From an uncultured Anaerolinea sp. (lineage in GTDB: Bacteria > Chloroflexota > Anaerolineae > Anaerolineales > Villigracilaceae): a stretch of DNA of 64,000 bases. The stretch is from the NCBI GenBank assembly GCA_964422545.1, contig CAYRBO010000016.1:15794-79793 (forward strand), in the 5' to 3' direction. Below, piece by piece: positions 43,656 through 52,891 of the stretch. The notes under the pieces are model-generated. The model made no database searches. It saw nothing but the letters and a program-made list of their open reading frames with translations, and was not told the DNA's origin. Position 1 is the stretch's first letter; each line of letters opens with the position of its first letter. The translations under genes were made by a program, and so were the position numbers.

Positions 43656-43663
43656 ATATTTTT

Positions 43664-44236
43664 TTATTGGGGCTTGATATACACCATGCCAAGCCCAAGT
43701 TTGTCCAGGCCATGTTGGGCCCAATAGGTTGAGAGCGCAGAATCAGATTGGAGGACTTCCATCAGGGCCGGAATGGCGCGCGGATCGCCGATTTCAGCCA
43801 AGGCATGGGCAGCCTCCAGTTTCACGGAAGGTGTTGCACTCCGCAAAACTTCTATCAGATGCGGAACCGCTTCAGTGCCGATAGCAATGAGGGCATTGGC
43901 AGCAAGCCTGGCCGTCATCGAATCGGGGGAGGATAGGGCTCGTATCAACGGCAAGACGGCTTCAGGGTGAGGGTGGTGACACAATCCCAAGGCCGCGCAC
44001 TGCCTGATTTCGTCAGATTCGTCCTCCAGCGCAGAGACCAGTCTGCGAACGATATTCTCATCGCTTTGAAACGCGGCCAAAGAGCGCAACGCCCACCAGC
44101 GGGTATCTACATCGTCCGATTGGAGCAGCGGATCGAGGGCCGAGACAGGAAACGCGGGAAGGCGGTTGGCGGCGGCTTCAGCGCGAGCTTCGTCTCCGCT
44201 GGTCAGTTCAGCCAGCAAGGCGTGGAGTTCGTCCAT
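43664..44236 (-). CDS. HEAT-repeat (PBS-lyase-type) protein
   Basis: Repeated ~30-aa units with D..VR..A..AL; no catalytic motif. Confidence 0.55.
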   Translation of the reverse strand: MDELHALLAELTSGDEARAEAAANRLPAFPVSALDPLLQSDDVDTRWWALRSLAAFQSDENIVRRLVSALEDESDEIRQCAALGLCHHPHPEAVLPLIRALSSPDSMTARLAANALIAIGTEAVPHLIEVLRSATPSVKLEAAHALAEIGDPRAIPALMEVLQSDSALSTYWAQHGLDKLGLGMVYIKPQ

Positions 44237-44485
44237 CTAGCGGGAGGGGGGCGGGACTGGCAAGGCTTCGGGGGCGGTCGCTGCCCATTTGTCGCCTTCG
44301 TCAATCAACATGACAGGAATATCATCGACAATCGGGTATTTACGTCCACAGTCCTGGCAAACCAGCCAGGCGTCGCGGGTCAGTTGCAGCAGGCCGTCTT
44401 TTTCGCGCACGCAAGCCGGGCAGCGCAAGATTTCCAGCAATTCTTGAGAGACCATCATTTCTCCTTTTTCGATACGGGGCAACAT
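44237..44485 (-). CDS. Trm112/UPF0434-family small zinc-ribbon protein
   Basis: LLEILRCPACVR...LVCQDCGRKYPIVDDIPVML matches the Trm112p-like fold signature. Confidence 0.55.
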   Translation of the reverse strand: MLPRIEKGEMMVSQELLEILRCPACVREKDGLLQLTRDAWLVCQDCGRKYPIVDDIPVMLIDEGDKWAATAPEALPVPPPSR

Positions 44486-44570
44486 TGTACCACAGCAGGA
44501 TTAACGCTCCCAAAGATTATCATCATATGTTTATATGCGTGAAACTAACCTTCGGAAGGCTTCTTCGTTG

Positions 44571-46511
44571 CTACTGGCACAGGTTGCGCTTTTTGAGCAA
44601 TTTTTCAGGTTCTTCGGTACCAGGGCCATATTCGCAAACGGCGCGCCAGGGCTCGTAATGGGTTTGGAATTTGTCTGCAAAGTAGATTTTTCCATCGCGC
44701 ATGACGATGCGGTTGATGATGACATCGGCGCCATCGGCAGCCCAATCCACCTGTTTGGTTTCGCCTTCCTTCAACTCTTCATTGACTTGAATAACAGGCG
44801 GCGGGGCCGGAACAACATTGAGAGGCCCGGTTGTGTCATACGTCACGGTGCGTCCGTCGGATGTGGAATAAAACTTCCAGGTCAGAGTGCGCGCAGGGCC
44901 GTTGAAATACGTTTCCATCAGCAGCCAATAGGGAGTATCGTTGGTGAATTTGAAATCCACCAGCGGGAAATAGACGGTCGCGTCTAAACCGGCCAGGCGC
45001 GAGTCAATACTGCCATCGGCGCGCTGTTCGTAATAACTGACGCGATACGCATGGGCCGACCGTTCGTTGATGGGAAAGCCGCCAAAAAAGGCTGCGCGGA
45101 AAAGGGTGGTACTAACCTGGCAAACGCCGCCGCCAACGCCTTTGATGGTGCGCCCGCCATAGATGATGAGCGCTTCAGCGTAGCCGTTATCCAGGCTGAT
45201 GTCGCCCAGGTACTTGCCCATTGAGAACGTTTCGCCGGGGGCCACCAATACGCCATGAAAATTGGCCGCGGCGGCCTGGATATTTTGCAGACGGGGCGCG
45301 CTGGAACCGTAGAAATAAGTGGTTTGCGCGCTGACCAGCTGGGTGATGCCCAGCTGAGCAGCCGTGGCATCATCGGCCACTTGCGGCTCGGTAATATTCA
45401 GGCGCAGGTAGGCTGCGTTTTGCCCTGCGGCAACTGCGGCCTCGATTTCATCCAACGTGCCGAGAAAGTCGAGTTTATAGCCGATGGTGGCAGCGCGAAT
45501 CAATTCCAGCTGCAAGGTTTCTTCGTTGAAGATAAAACGAGCATTTTCTTCGGGACGGTCGGTTTGGCGAGCGATGGTTTCGAGGATAGGCTTCAGCATC
45601 GCCCGGTCAGGCTTGACGACGTATTGGGCGTTCCCGGCTGCGTCATAAACGCGACCAACCCGCAACATGGGCGCCAGCTCCAACGGTTGGATTTGCCAGG
45701 GGCCGGGGTCGCCGGCCCGCACATTGGGGATGGAAAGGGTAAACGGCCCAGAAAGCAGGCGGCGGGCCGCTTCGGCCTGGGGAGCGGCATCTAACACTGC
45801 GGGAAATTGTTCTTGAATCACCAGGGGAACTTCGCCATCACGGAAGGACTGCATCTGGACGGTGAGATAAACCAGGGTGGCATCCACATTCAAGCGGCGG
45901 CCAACCTGACCAGGCGTGGTGGATACATTCAAGCCATCAATCACAAGGCTGGCTTCCAGGACGGGTTTGTCAATCTGGGCGGCAAGGTTTTGCAGGTAAG
46001 AATGCGCCAGTCGCTGGTCGAGAACGACAACCGGCGGGACATCTAACCCCACCTGTGAGGCGTTCCATTGGGTATCTAGCATAGAGAAAAGATTGCCCTT
46101 GCGCCCCATCTCGAAGGCCGCCTGGGCGCTGGCGACCGGGTCGAAGACCATTCCCAGGCGAACAGGAGATTCAATCCACACGTTTTCCCCGTCCCGCAGG
46201 ACGATGCGCCCGCTAGTGGGATAGGTCAAGACCGTTTGCAGTTTAACCGCCGCTTCGACCGGTTTCATGCCCGAAACATCCACCCCGGCTACCGTCAGGC
46301 CGGGGAAAATTCGCCCGGCATAGGCAATGCGGTAGCCAATGGTGATGAGGAACATGATGATAAAGAACACAGAAAGGCCGCCCATCAGGGCCAGCAGAAA
46401 TTGTAAAACAACCGACTCGAATTGGCGGCGGTCGCGGCGCTGACGCACGAAGCGGATGGGGGCGGTGGCGGCTTTATCGGCAGGCGGGCGAGGAGAAAGG
46501 TACTGGCTCAT
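44571..46511 (-). CDS. VanW-family protein with N-terminal TM anchor
   Basis: C-terminal VanW domain (...GGRTIKGVGGGVCQVSTTLFRAAFFGGFPINERSAHAYRVSYYE...). Long N-terminal region with G5/PG-binding-like repeats. Confidence 0.65.
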   Translation of the reverse strand: MSQYLSPRPPADKAATAPIRFVRQRRDRRQFESVVLQFLLALMGGLSVFFIIMFLITIGYRIAYAGRIFPGLTVAGVDVSGMKPVEAAVKLQTVLTYPTSGRIVLRDGENVWIESPVRLGMVFDPVASAQAAFEMGRKGNLFSMLDTQWNASQVGLDVPPVVVLDQRLAHSYLQNLAAQIDKPVLEASLVIDGLNVSTTPGQVGRRLNVDATLVYLTVQMQSFRDGEVPLVIQEQFPAVLDAAPQAEAARRLLSGPFTLSIPNVRAGDPGPWQIQPLELAPMLRVGRVYDAAGNAQYVVKPDRAMLKPILETIARQTDRPEENARFIFNEETLQLELIRAATIGYKLDFLGTLDEIEAAVAAGQNAAYLRLNITEPQVADDATAAQLGITQLVSAQTTYFYGSSAPRLQNIQAAAANFHGVLVAPGETFSMGKYLGDISLDNGYAEALIIYGGRTIKGVGGGVCQVSTTLFRAAFFGGFPINERSAHAYRVSYYEQRADGSIDSRLAGLDATVYFPLVDFKFTNDTPYWLLMETYFNGPARTLTWKFYSTSDGRTVTYDTTGPLNVVPAPPPVIQVNEELKEGETKQVDWAADGADVIINRIVMRDGKIYFADKFQTHYEPWRAVCEYGPGTEEPEKLLKKRNLCQ

Positions 46512-47113
46512 TTTCTTTTACCGCTAAACTGTATTTTTGGAAGCAGCATAGGCGTCCTGGCTTTGTAGTCGGCATATTCTTGCCCAAACTCTTTGAGAAG
46601 CTTTCGCTCCTCGAACCAGGCCCCAACAAAAAAATACAGACTAAATACAATCCAGACTGCCAGGCGGTTGACGGTCATATCGGGCCAGGCCCACAAGAAG
46701 GCCAGCCCAGCCGTGTAGAGCGGGTGGCGGACATAAGCATACAGGCCATCGGTAACAAGCTTGTTTGGCGCGGTGGTTTCCAGCCCGGCCAGTTGGGTCA
46801 GCCCGGCGAACTCAAAAGGCCCGGTCTGCATCACCCCGGCCACCAGAGCAAAAAAGGCCGCGCCCTGAATGAGTACAGAGAGATACACCCAGGGTTCAGG
46901 AATCGTGTAGAGCGGGTGGTCAGGAAAGGTGAAAAGCATCAACAAGATCGGGAAAATACTGGCAACCGAGAATATGTTGTAAGAAAAGCGATATAACCGG
47001 TCGGAGGCCGGGCCCAAAAAACGACGCGCGCCATCTTTGACAGCGTGCGAGGCCAGGATGGAGTGGATAACACCCCATAGAATAGACGCAACGATAAGGT
47101 AGAGAGTTCCCAT
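46508..47113 (-). CDS. Membrane methyltransferase-fold protein (ICMT/NnrU/PEMT-like)
   Basis: GLYAYVRHPLYTAGLAFLWAWP matches the RHPxY motif of isoprenylcysteine carboxyl methyltransferase-family proteins. Five TM helices. Confidence 0.5.
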   Translation of the reverse strand: MGTLYLIVASILWGVIHSILASHAVKDGARRFLGPASDRLYRFSYNIFSVASIFPILLMLFTFPDHPLYTIPEPWVYLSVLIQGAAFFALVAGVMQTGPFEFAGLTQLAGLETTAPNKLVTDGLYAYVRHPLYTAGLAFLWAWPDMTVNRLAVWIVFSLYFFVGAWFEERKLLKEFGQEYADYKARTPMLLPKIQFSGKRK

Positions 47114-47225
47114 GTTCAGTGTTCAGTATTCAGTGTCCAGTATCCAGTGATCAGTAAGCAGTAAGCAGTGATCAGTAAGCAGTGGTCAGTGATTAGCGTA
47201 CTGATGACTTGAACCTGCTCACTAA
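47104..47225. repeat. CAGTNNN heptamer tandem array (11 units) with a downstream inverted partner
   Basis: ttcagtgttcagtattcagtgtccagtatccagtgatcagtaagcagtaagcagtgatcagtaagcagtggtcagtgattagcgtactgatgac. Confidence 0.7.
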
Positions 47226-49799
47226 TTATTGAAACGCCGCGATTTCGACCATTCGACCGGCGGCGTGCATAATATAGAATGGCACCCAGGCCACGCCAAA
47301 ATGGTCGAGGAAAATATCGGCTTTCTTAGGCGTCACCGAAATTTCGGTGACCTGATTGACGACCGCTGCCCAGCGGTCATTGGCGTCTTGCTCAATTTCT
47401 GCGCGCCGGCGTTCCAGCTCGGCAATTTGGGTTTTGAATTGCTGGATGGCCTCGACAGACTCGTCCACTTCGGCTTTAGACTGTTGGGTGAGCCGGTTTT
47501 TGGCAATTTGCGAGGTGATACTGCGTTTGCGCCCCAGGCCAAACACGCTGGCGCCCATTTCAAGCAGACTGCCAGTTTCTTCGCGCTTGCGCTGTTCATA
47601 TTCTACCTGATCGCGGGCTAGTTCGCGCTCCTCGCGCGCCAGGCGGTCTTGCAGGGTCGTCAGATTCCGGTCGAGAGCGGCGGTTAGGCGGGCAATTTCC
47701 TTATCGCGGGCTGCGCGGGCGGCCTCGGCGCAGGCGGTCCGAAACTCGGCGGCACTGACATCTGGCCCGGCATAGACTTTGAGAGCTTCGTTGGCGCGGG
47801 CTGTTACCGAGGTGGTGCGATAGACCCAATCAACGAAGTCTTTTTGCAGGTTGGCAAGCAGCCTGGCATCGGCCAACGAGGCGGGCAGCATCTCGAAGCG
47901 CGAACCAGGCTGGGGCTGAACCTCGAGTCGCTGGAGCGGCAGACCAGAACGGGTGAAATTCTCCCAACGCAACACGCCGCGCTTGTCCAGGTTATCTACC
48001 AGAGCGACGCGCTGAACGCTGGCATCAACGCCCAGTTTGCGGTCAATGATGCGCGCGTGCGCATCGGCCAACAGAGCGGGCCGGTAGAGCAGTCCCATCG
48101 GCTGAGCATCGGCGGGCAAGGGTTCGCTGGCGGCGCGCGCGGCTTCCGTCATGGAAAGGGTGATGGGCAGGAAATACTCGGAAACGGCAGCGAGAACGGC
48201 TGGACGGGTAAGGCTACCGGGTAAATCTGGCGCGGGGCGCATAGCGGGCAGCACGGATGGATGAACGGGACTCGATTCGAAAGACGATTGTGATGTTTTC
48301 GCAGGAATGGGTTGCAACCGGGAGAAATCTGGCGCGGCTGAAGCGTGGTTCCCGGCTGCGGGCGCGGAGTCCGCGCCTGTAACGCGATTCGACAAATCGC
48401 GCCACGCGCCTGCCAGCCGATTAAGGGACGGAATCTGCGACCTGGTGAGCGGCCCAGCCAGGAAGTTCATGGCCCAGCGGGTTTGAAACAAAACCGGCTG
48501 TTTCTGGTGGATGTTGTGCAGCAGGAAAACGCGCTTGCCGAGCGCCGAGATGATTTTGTTGTAGGCCGAACGGTCGAGGTCGGCGGTTGCGCCTTGCAGG
48601 CCATCGAGCAGGCGCTGTTTGTCCCATTCGGTTTGCAGTTTGCCCACCAGCCAGGTGCCGGCGTTGGAGAGTCCCTTGTAATCGACATCTGCCGGGTTTT
48701 GAGAGGCGAGGACGAGGCCAACCCCAAAGGCGCGGGCCTGCTTGAGCATGCGCAGGAGCGGAGTTTTGCTAGGCGGGTTGCGCTGGGGCGGCAGGTAGCC
48801 GAAAAGTTCATCGAAATAGAGCAACGCGCGCAGCGAGGTAGAGCCGGGCTGGGTGCGCATCCAGGCCTCGAAAGCCGAAAGCAAGAGGGTAACGAAAAAC
48901 ATGCGCTCGCCTTCGCTGAGGTGAGCGATGTAGAAAACGCTGTGACGGGGCTTGCCTTCGGGTGTGTAGAGCAGGTCGGGAATGTGCATGGGCTGGCCCT
49001 CGCGCCAACTTTGGAAGGCGGGCGAGGCCAGGATGTTGTTGAGAGTGAGAGCCAGTTCGGTGCGTTCTTTGGCAGGGAAGAAACTCTCGACTGGGAAGGC
49101 ACCCAGTTTGTCGAAAGGTGGATTCTGGACTTGCAGGATGAGTTCGGTCAAGTCGAGCGAGTGATTCTTGCTCCAGGCATTCTCGAAGATGTTGGAAAGC
49201 AGGATGTGTTCGCGGGAGCGCAGAGGGTCTATGTCAGCGTAGCCGACCAGCCCAAGCAGGGCAGTGACGGTGCTGGCTATTTTCTCGCGCAGAATTTCGC
49301 GGTTGCCCTCCCAGGGCAAGTCGGGCGATTGGAGGGTGGAGAGGACGCTGATTTGCAGCCCGGCATCGGAACCAGGCGTATAAACGCCAAATTGGGCGGC
49401 GTTTTGCAGGGCGCGAATGCGCTCAGGGCCAATGCCCCACTCTGCCAGGCCGTTTTTCCATTGATTGGCGGTCTCTTGAGCGGCCTGTTCGAGCGATTTT
49501 CCCTGGCGGCGCAGGGTATCGGCATCGAGCCAGGGGGCAAAGTCTTGCGGGGCCAGGTCGGGGAAGTGCAGCAGGAGGTTGGTCAGGTCGCCTTTGGGGT
49601 CAATCAGAATGGCGGGGATTCCCTGCAAGGCGGCTTCTTCCATCAGGCCAATGCACAGGCCTGTTTTGCCAGAGCCGGTCATGCCGGTGACAACGGCGTG
49701 GGTGGTCAGGTCGGCGGGGTCGTAGAGCAGGGTTTGTTCAGTCAGTTTTCCTGCGACCAGGTCGAAGTAGCGCCCAAGATAGAAGTGATTACCCGGCAT
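47226..49799 (-). CDS. HerA/FtsK-superfamily P-loop ATPase (DUF87/DUF853-like) with C-terminal coiled coil
   Basis: Walker A GMTGSGKTGLCIGLM..., ILIDPKGDL, Walker B LLYFDELFGY. The C-terminal ~250 aa are predicted coiled coil. Confidence 0.55.
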   Translation of the reverse strand: MPGNHFYLGRYFDLVAGKLTEQTLLYDPADLTTHAVVTGMTGSGKTGLCIGLMEEAALQGIPAILIDPKGDLTNLLLHFPDLAPQDFAPWLDADTLRRQGKSLEQAAQETANQWKNGLAEWGIGPERIRALQNAAQFGVYTPGSDAGLQISVLSTLQSPDLPWEGNREILREKIASTVTALLGLVGYADIDPLRSREHILLSNIFENAWSKNHSLDLTELILQVQNPPFDKLGAFPVESFFPAKERTELALTLNNILASPAFQSWREGQPMHIPDLLYTPEGKPRHSVFYIAHLSEGERMFFVTLLLSAFEAWMRTQPGSTSLRALLYFDELFGYLPPQRNPPSKTPLLRMLKQARAFGVGLVLASQNPADVDYKGLSNAGTWLVGKLQTEWDKQRLLDGLQGATADLDRSAYNKIISALGKRVFLLHNIHQKQPVLFQTRWAMNFLAGPLTRSQIPSLNRLAGAWRDLSNRVTGADSAPAAGNHASAAPDFSRLQPIPAKTSQSSFESSPVHPSVLPAMRPAPDLPGSLTRPAVLAAVSEYFLPITLSMTEAARAASEPLPADAQPMGLLYRPALLADAHARIIDRKLGVDASVQRVALVDNLDKRGVLRWENFTRSGLPLQRLEVQPQPGSRFEMLPASLADARLLANLQKDFVDWVYRTTSVTARANEALKVYAGPDVSAAEFRTACAEAARAARDKEIARLTAALDRNLTTLQDRLAREERELARDQVEYEQRKREETGSLLEMGASVFGLGRKRSITSQIAKNRLTQQSKAEVDESVEAIQQFKTQIAELERRRAEIEQDANDRWAAVVNQVTEISVTPKKADIFLDHFGVAWVPFYIMHAAGRMVEIAAFQ

Positions 49800-49936
49800 T
49801 GGTCCTCCTGGGGAGTGAATGCGTTAAAAACATAGAACAAATATATCACAAAGAGGGTTAAGGGCAAATTAAAAAATTAGGGCGGGTTGCCCCGCCCCAA
49901 TGACATCAGCTCTTGCTGCTGGCGTAGCCAGAGGCG

Positions 49937-51439
49937 CTATTCACCCTTGTCTTTGGGGCCTTTGATGCTGTTGTCGTTTCGATGATCCGCATCATTGCGC
50001 TTGCTGTTTTTCTCTTCTTTTTCCTTTTTATCTTTGTCTTTTTGACTGTTGCTGCTGGGGGCATTCGCACTGTTCTTGTTCGCATCACTGCTTGCTGCGC
50101 CATTGATATTCGGATTGCTATTTGCAGCACCAGCGTCGTTATTGTCACCATATGCCTGCGCATTCCACGTGTCGTACTTGTCCAAAAAGTCATCATTCCT
50201 CACGCTTAAGGTGGAAGATGCGCTGGTCGGAGGAAGCGCCAGGCCGGGATTGCCGCCCGAGACAAGGGGCTGGTCAGTTTGCGTGGATGTTGCAGCGGGT
50301 GGCAGCGGCTCTGAAATTCCCCCAGGCTCAAGAATTTCTACAGAATCGACAACCAGGCTGCCAAAATCTGTTGTCTGTCCAAAAAGACGGACAACGGCGC
50401 CAAGCCCGGCTTCTGTCATGATGCGCTCTGCGTCTGTTAAAGAGACCGGCAGGCCTGCGATGTAAACCTGCTCGCTTGCCCGGTCAAACGCAACTTTTCC
50501 TGTTAAGACAATCTTTTCAACCCGTTTCTCGCGCATTAGGCTTATCACTTCAAGCATGCGCCGCTGGTCAAATTTTTGCGCAAGTTTTTCTTTTTCATGC
50601 TGGGGCGCAATCAAGAGTTGTAGATTTTCGAGGCTTAGTTTAATAGGGTAAAACACATCGCCCGGCAAGGAAGCAGAAGCAGCCTTCGCCAGGCTGGTTC
50701 CGCCAAAGAGGATTATAAACACTAACAATAGCAATAAAAACACATTCGCGGCAGCAGCCGGAACGCGGAATGTATAAACAGCCGGTCGGCGCGGTTGATA
50801 AACGGCTTGCGCAGTCGGCTGCGGCGCCTGGAAATTAATCTGGTCTCGAATTTCCTGCACGCGATAAACCCAGGGACTCAATCGGTCATAGTAATACGGG
50901 AAAGACGCCAGGGCATTCTCTGGAGCGACACCCTGTGATATAGACTGGAGCGTCTGTTCGAGCGCTTCTTCAAACGTCAATTGGGGAGTCTCATGGTCGA
51001 AATCAGGATAAAGGTTTTGCACGCTGCCTTTTGCGCCATTCTTGCGCAAATCAATCACCGCGGTGAGCCAGGGAGCAAGTTTCTCTTGATATTCTGGGTA
51101 GCGCGCGCAGACCTGTTCGGGCGAATATCCACACACAGTCAGCCGGATGGCATCGCCCAAAGCGGCCTCAAAGGGAACATCAGGAAAAGCGCTGATGAAC
51201 AGGTCGCGCTCCCGGTGAGCAGAAGCCCGCAGTTGTGCTACTACATCAAGATGCGGACGCAGTCTTTCGGCATATTGCGGGTAACGAGCCAGGCACACAG
51301 AAATATCCTGACCTTCTCCCAATGCAAGCAGGCTCTCTTCCAACGCTTTAGAGAAATCCGAAGTTTCTGGCAACATCTTATTATTTATAATCCGGTGATG
51401 AGAAAATATCAAGACGTGTAACCGTCCATGCCTGCGCAA
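49937..51439 (-). CDS. Hypothetical membrane protein with three ~35-aa N-terminal repeats and a K/D/N/S-rich low-complexity tail
   Basis: Repeats CARYPQYAERLRPHLDVVAQLRA, CARYPEYQEKLAPWLTAVIDLRK, LASFPYYYDRLSPWVYRVQEIRD. Single TM helix near aa 230. Tail KDKDKKEKEEKNSKRNDADHRNDNSIKGPKDKGE. Confidence 0.4.
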   Translation of the reverse strand: MRRHGRLHVLIFSHHRIINNKMLPETSDFSKALEESLLALGEGQDISVCLARYPQYAERLRPHLDVVAQLRASAHRERDLFISAFPDVPFEAALGDAIRLTVCGYSPEQVCARYPEYQEKLAPWLTAVIDLRKNGAKGSVQNLYPDFDHETPQLTFEEALEQTLQSISQGVAPENALASFPYYYDRLSPWVYRVQEIRDQINFQAPQPTAQAVYQPRRPAVYTFRVPAAAANVFLLLLLVFIILFGGTSLAKAASASLPGDVFYPIKLSLENLQLLIAPQHEKEKLAQKFDQRRMLEVISLMREKRVEKIVLTGKVAFDRASEQVYIAGLPVSLTDAERIMTEAGLGAVVRLFGQTTDFGSLVVDSVEILEPGGISEPLPPAATSTQTDQPLVSGGNPGLALPPTSASSTLSVRNDDFLDKYDTWNAQAYGDNNDAGAANSNPNINGAASSDANKNSANAPSSNSQKDKDKKEKEEKNSKRNDADHRNDNSIKGPKDKGE

Positions 51440-51844
51440 AGGTTGTCATCATTCGCGGATACTCTTCTGGCCAAGCAGAGCATGGCAAGGTCTCGATACG
51501 AGAAAACGCCACTCAACCACCGTCACGCTCGTATCGAGACCATAATTCTGACAACTTTGACATTCCTGTATGCCATCGGATTCCTGTTCCTTATCTTTAA
51601 AAATGATGGGCACATTCGGATTGGCTTCCAAAATCATTTCCAGGTGCTGTGCCGAAACCTCGGCATTCATAGCGCAGCCGCTTCGCGGGCCGCAACCAAA
51701 GGTTGCTATGATCAGGTTTCAGGTTCAAAGTTCCATAAAAATGTGTCTTGGTTCGCCCTGGGTCAGCCCATACGATTGGTGTCTGACCGAACGGAGACCA
51801 AACACGACAAGTCGTGGCTTGCAGTACAGCCCGGCTTCATCGGG

Positions 51845-51946
51845 GGCCTGCGAGCAACTGTCTGATGATGGGGGAGTGGCCCCGGCAGGATTCGAATACC
51901 ATCCCCTCAATGGGGGCCTGCGAGCAACTGTCTGATGGTGGGGGAG
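51845..51946. repeat. Tandem duplication of the tRNA-Met 3' portion (T-arm, acceptor 3' strand) plus ~35 nt of trailer
   Basis: Plus-strand gggggcctgcgagcaactgtctgatgRtgggggagtggScccggcaggattcgaa occurs twice in tandem (51845-51905 and 51912-51970). The second copy is the genuine tRNA 3' end. Confidence 0.65.
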
Positions 51947-52019
51947 TGGGCCCGGCAGGATTCGAACCTGCGACCAAGAGATTATGAGTCCCCTGCGCTA
52001 ACCACTGCGCCACGGGCCC
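51947..52019 (-). tRNA. tRNA-Met (CAU)
   Basis: GGGCCCGUGGCGCAGUGGUUAGCGCAGGGGACUCAUAAUCUCUUGGUCGCAGGUUCGAAUCCUGCCGGGCCCA: 7-bp acceptor, D-stem GCGC/GCGC, anticodon loop CUCAUAA, T-loop UUCGAAU. CCA not encoded. Confidence 0.75.
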
Positions 52020-52023
52020 GTAC

Positions 52024-52104
52024 TACAGTAATCAGTGTTCAGTAATCAGTTTCCAGTGGGTTTTCGCACTGATGACTGTTTACTGAACACTGTTCACTGA
52101 TACT
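52024..52104. repeat. CAGTNNN heptamer array with inverted partner between tRNA-Met and tRNA-Gly
   Basis: cagtaatcagtgttcagtaatcagtttccagtggg...cactgatgactgtttactgaacactgttcactgatactga. Confidence 0.65.
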
Positions 52105-52105
52105 G

Positions 52106-52177
52106 AGCGGGAGACGGGATTCGAACCCGCGAATGTTAGCTTGGAAGGCTAATGCCTTACCGCTTGGCGACTCCCGC
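52106..52177 (-). tRNA. tRNA-Gly (UCC)
   Basis: GCGGGAGUCGCCAAGCGGUAAGGCAUUAGCCUUCCAAGCUAACAUUCGCGGGUUCGAAUCCCGUCUCCCGCU: anticodon stem UUAGC/GCUAA, loop CUUCCAA (U33, anticodon UCC, A37). Confidence 0.7.
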
Positions 52178-52339
52178 GCGGATTTGTATTCTACTCCACA
52201 GGGGCGGGCATCGTCAAGTCAAAAGAAGAATCCCATAATTCAGCGGTTGAAATTCAGTAACTGAATATTGACCTTCTGCCTTAACCGCGCTATACTTTTT
52301 GTGCGAGAAAGTCTACTACTTCAATAGGAATTATCGCTC

Positions 52340-52795
52340 ATGCGCTTATCTAAACGTGGTGAGTATGGCCTGCGGGCCATGATTTTTCTGGCGCCCCCCG
52401 GCCCGGATGGGCGCGCAACAATTGTGCAAATTAAGGAAATCTCGGAGCGGGAGCACATCCCAATCAAATTTCTTGAGCAAATTCTGCTGGCCCTCAAAAA
52501 CGCGGGGCTGCTGCACAGCAAAATGGGCGTGGGCGGTGGGTATTATCTCGCCAAACCAGCCCGCGACATTACGCTAGGGCAAATCATCCGCGTTCTAGAT
52601 GGCCCAATTGCCCCGGTCAAATGCGTCAGCCAGGTTGCCTATGAACCATGCGGCTGCCCAGATGAGGTGACTTGCGGCCTGCGCATGGTGATGTTCGATG
52701 TCCGCGCGGCGATGTCAGCCATCCTGGATAAGACTTCGCTGGAAGATGTGATTCAACGGGTGCAGGCGCAGCGCGCCCTGCTCGTCAACGAATAA
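52340..52795 (+). CDS. Rrf2-family transcriptional regulator (IscR/NsrR-like)
   Basis: MRLSKRGEYGLRAMIFLA... wHTH N-terminus. Cys ligands CVSQVAYEPCGCPDEVTC. Confidence 0.8.
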   Translation: MRLSKRGEYGLRAMIFLAPPGPDGRATIVQIKEISEREHIPIKFLEQILLALKNAGLLHSKMGVGGGYYLAKPARDITLGQIIRVLDGPIAPVKCVSQVAYEPCGCPDEVTCGLRMVMFDVRAAMSAILDKTSLEDVIQRVQAQRALLVNE

Positions 52796-52891
52796 CCCAA
52801 AAATACCGCCGAGCGAGCGGCCTTTTCTGCGGCTCAATAGTCTATATGTTCTGTAGACTATATATACATTTAGAGAATTTGGAGAAAATTT

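Noticed and set aside
48345-49835. 496-aa plus-strand ORF opposite the HerA-like ATPase
   Set aside because: Antisense shadow. No motifs.
51449-51670. 73-aa Cys-containing small ORF upstream of the repeat-containing membrane protein
   Set aside because: No RBS or motif support; could be a small zinc-ribbon protein but evidence is insufficient.
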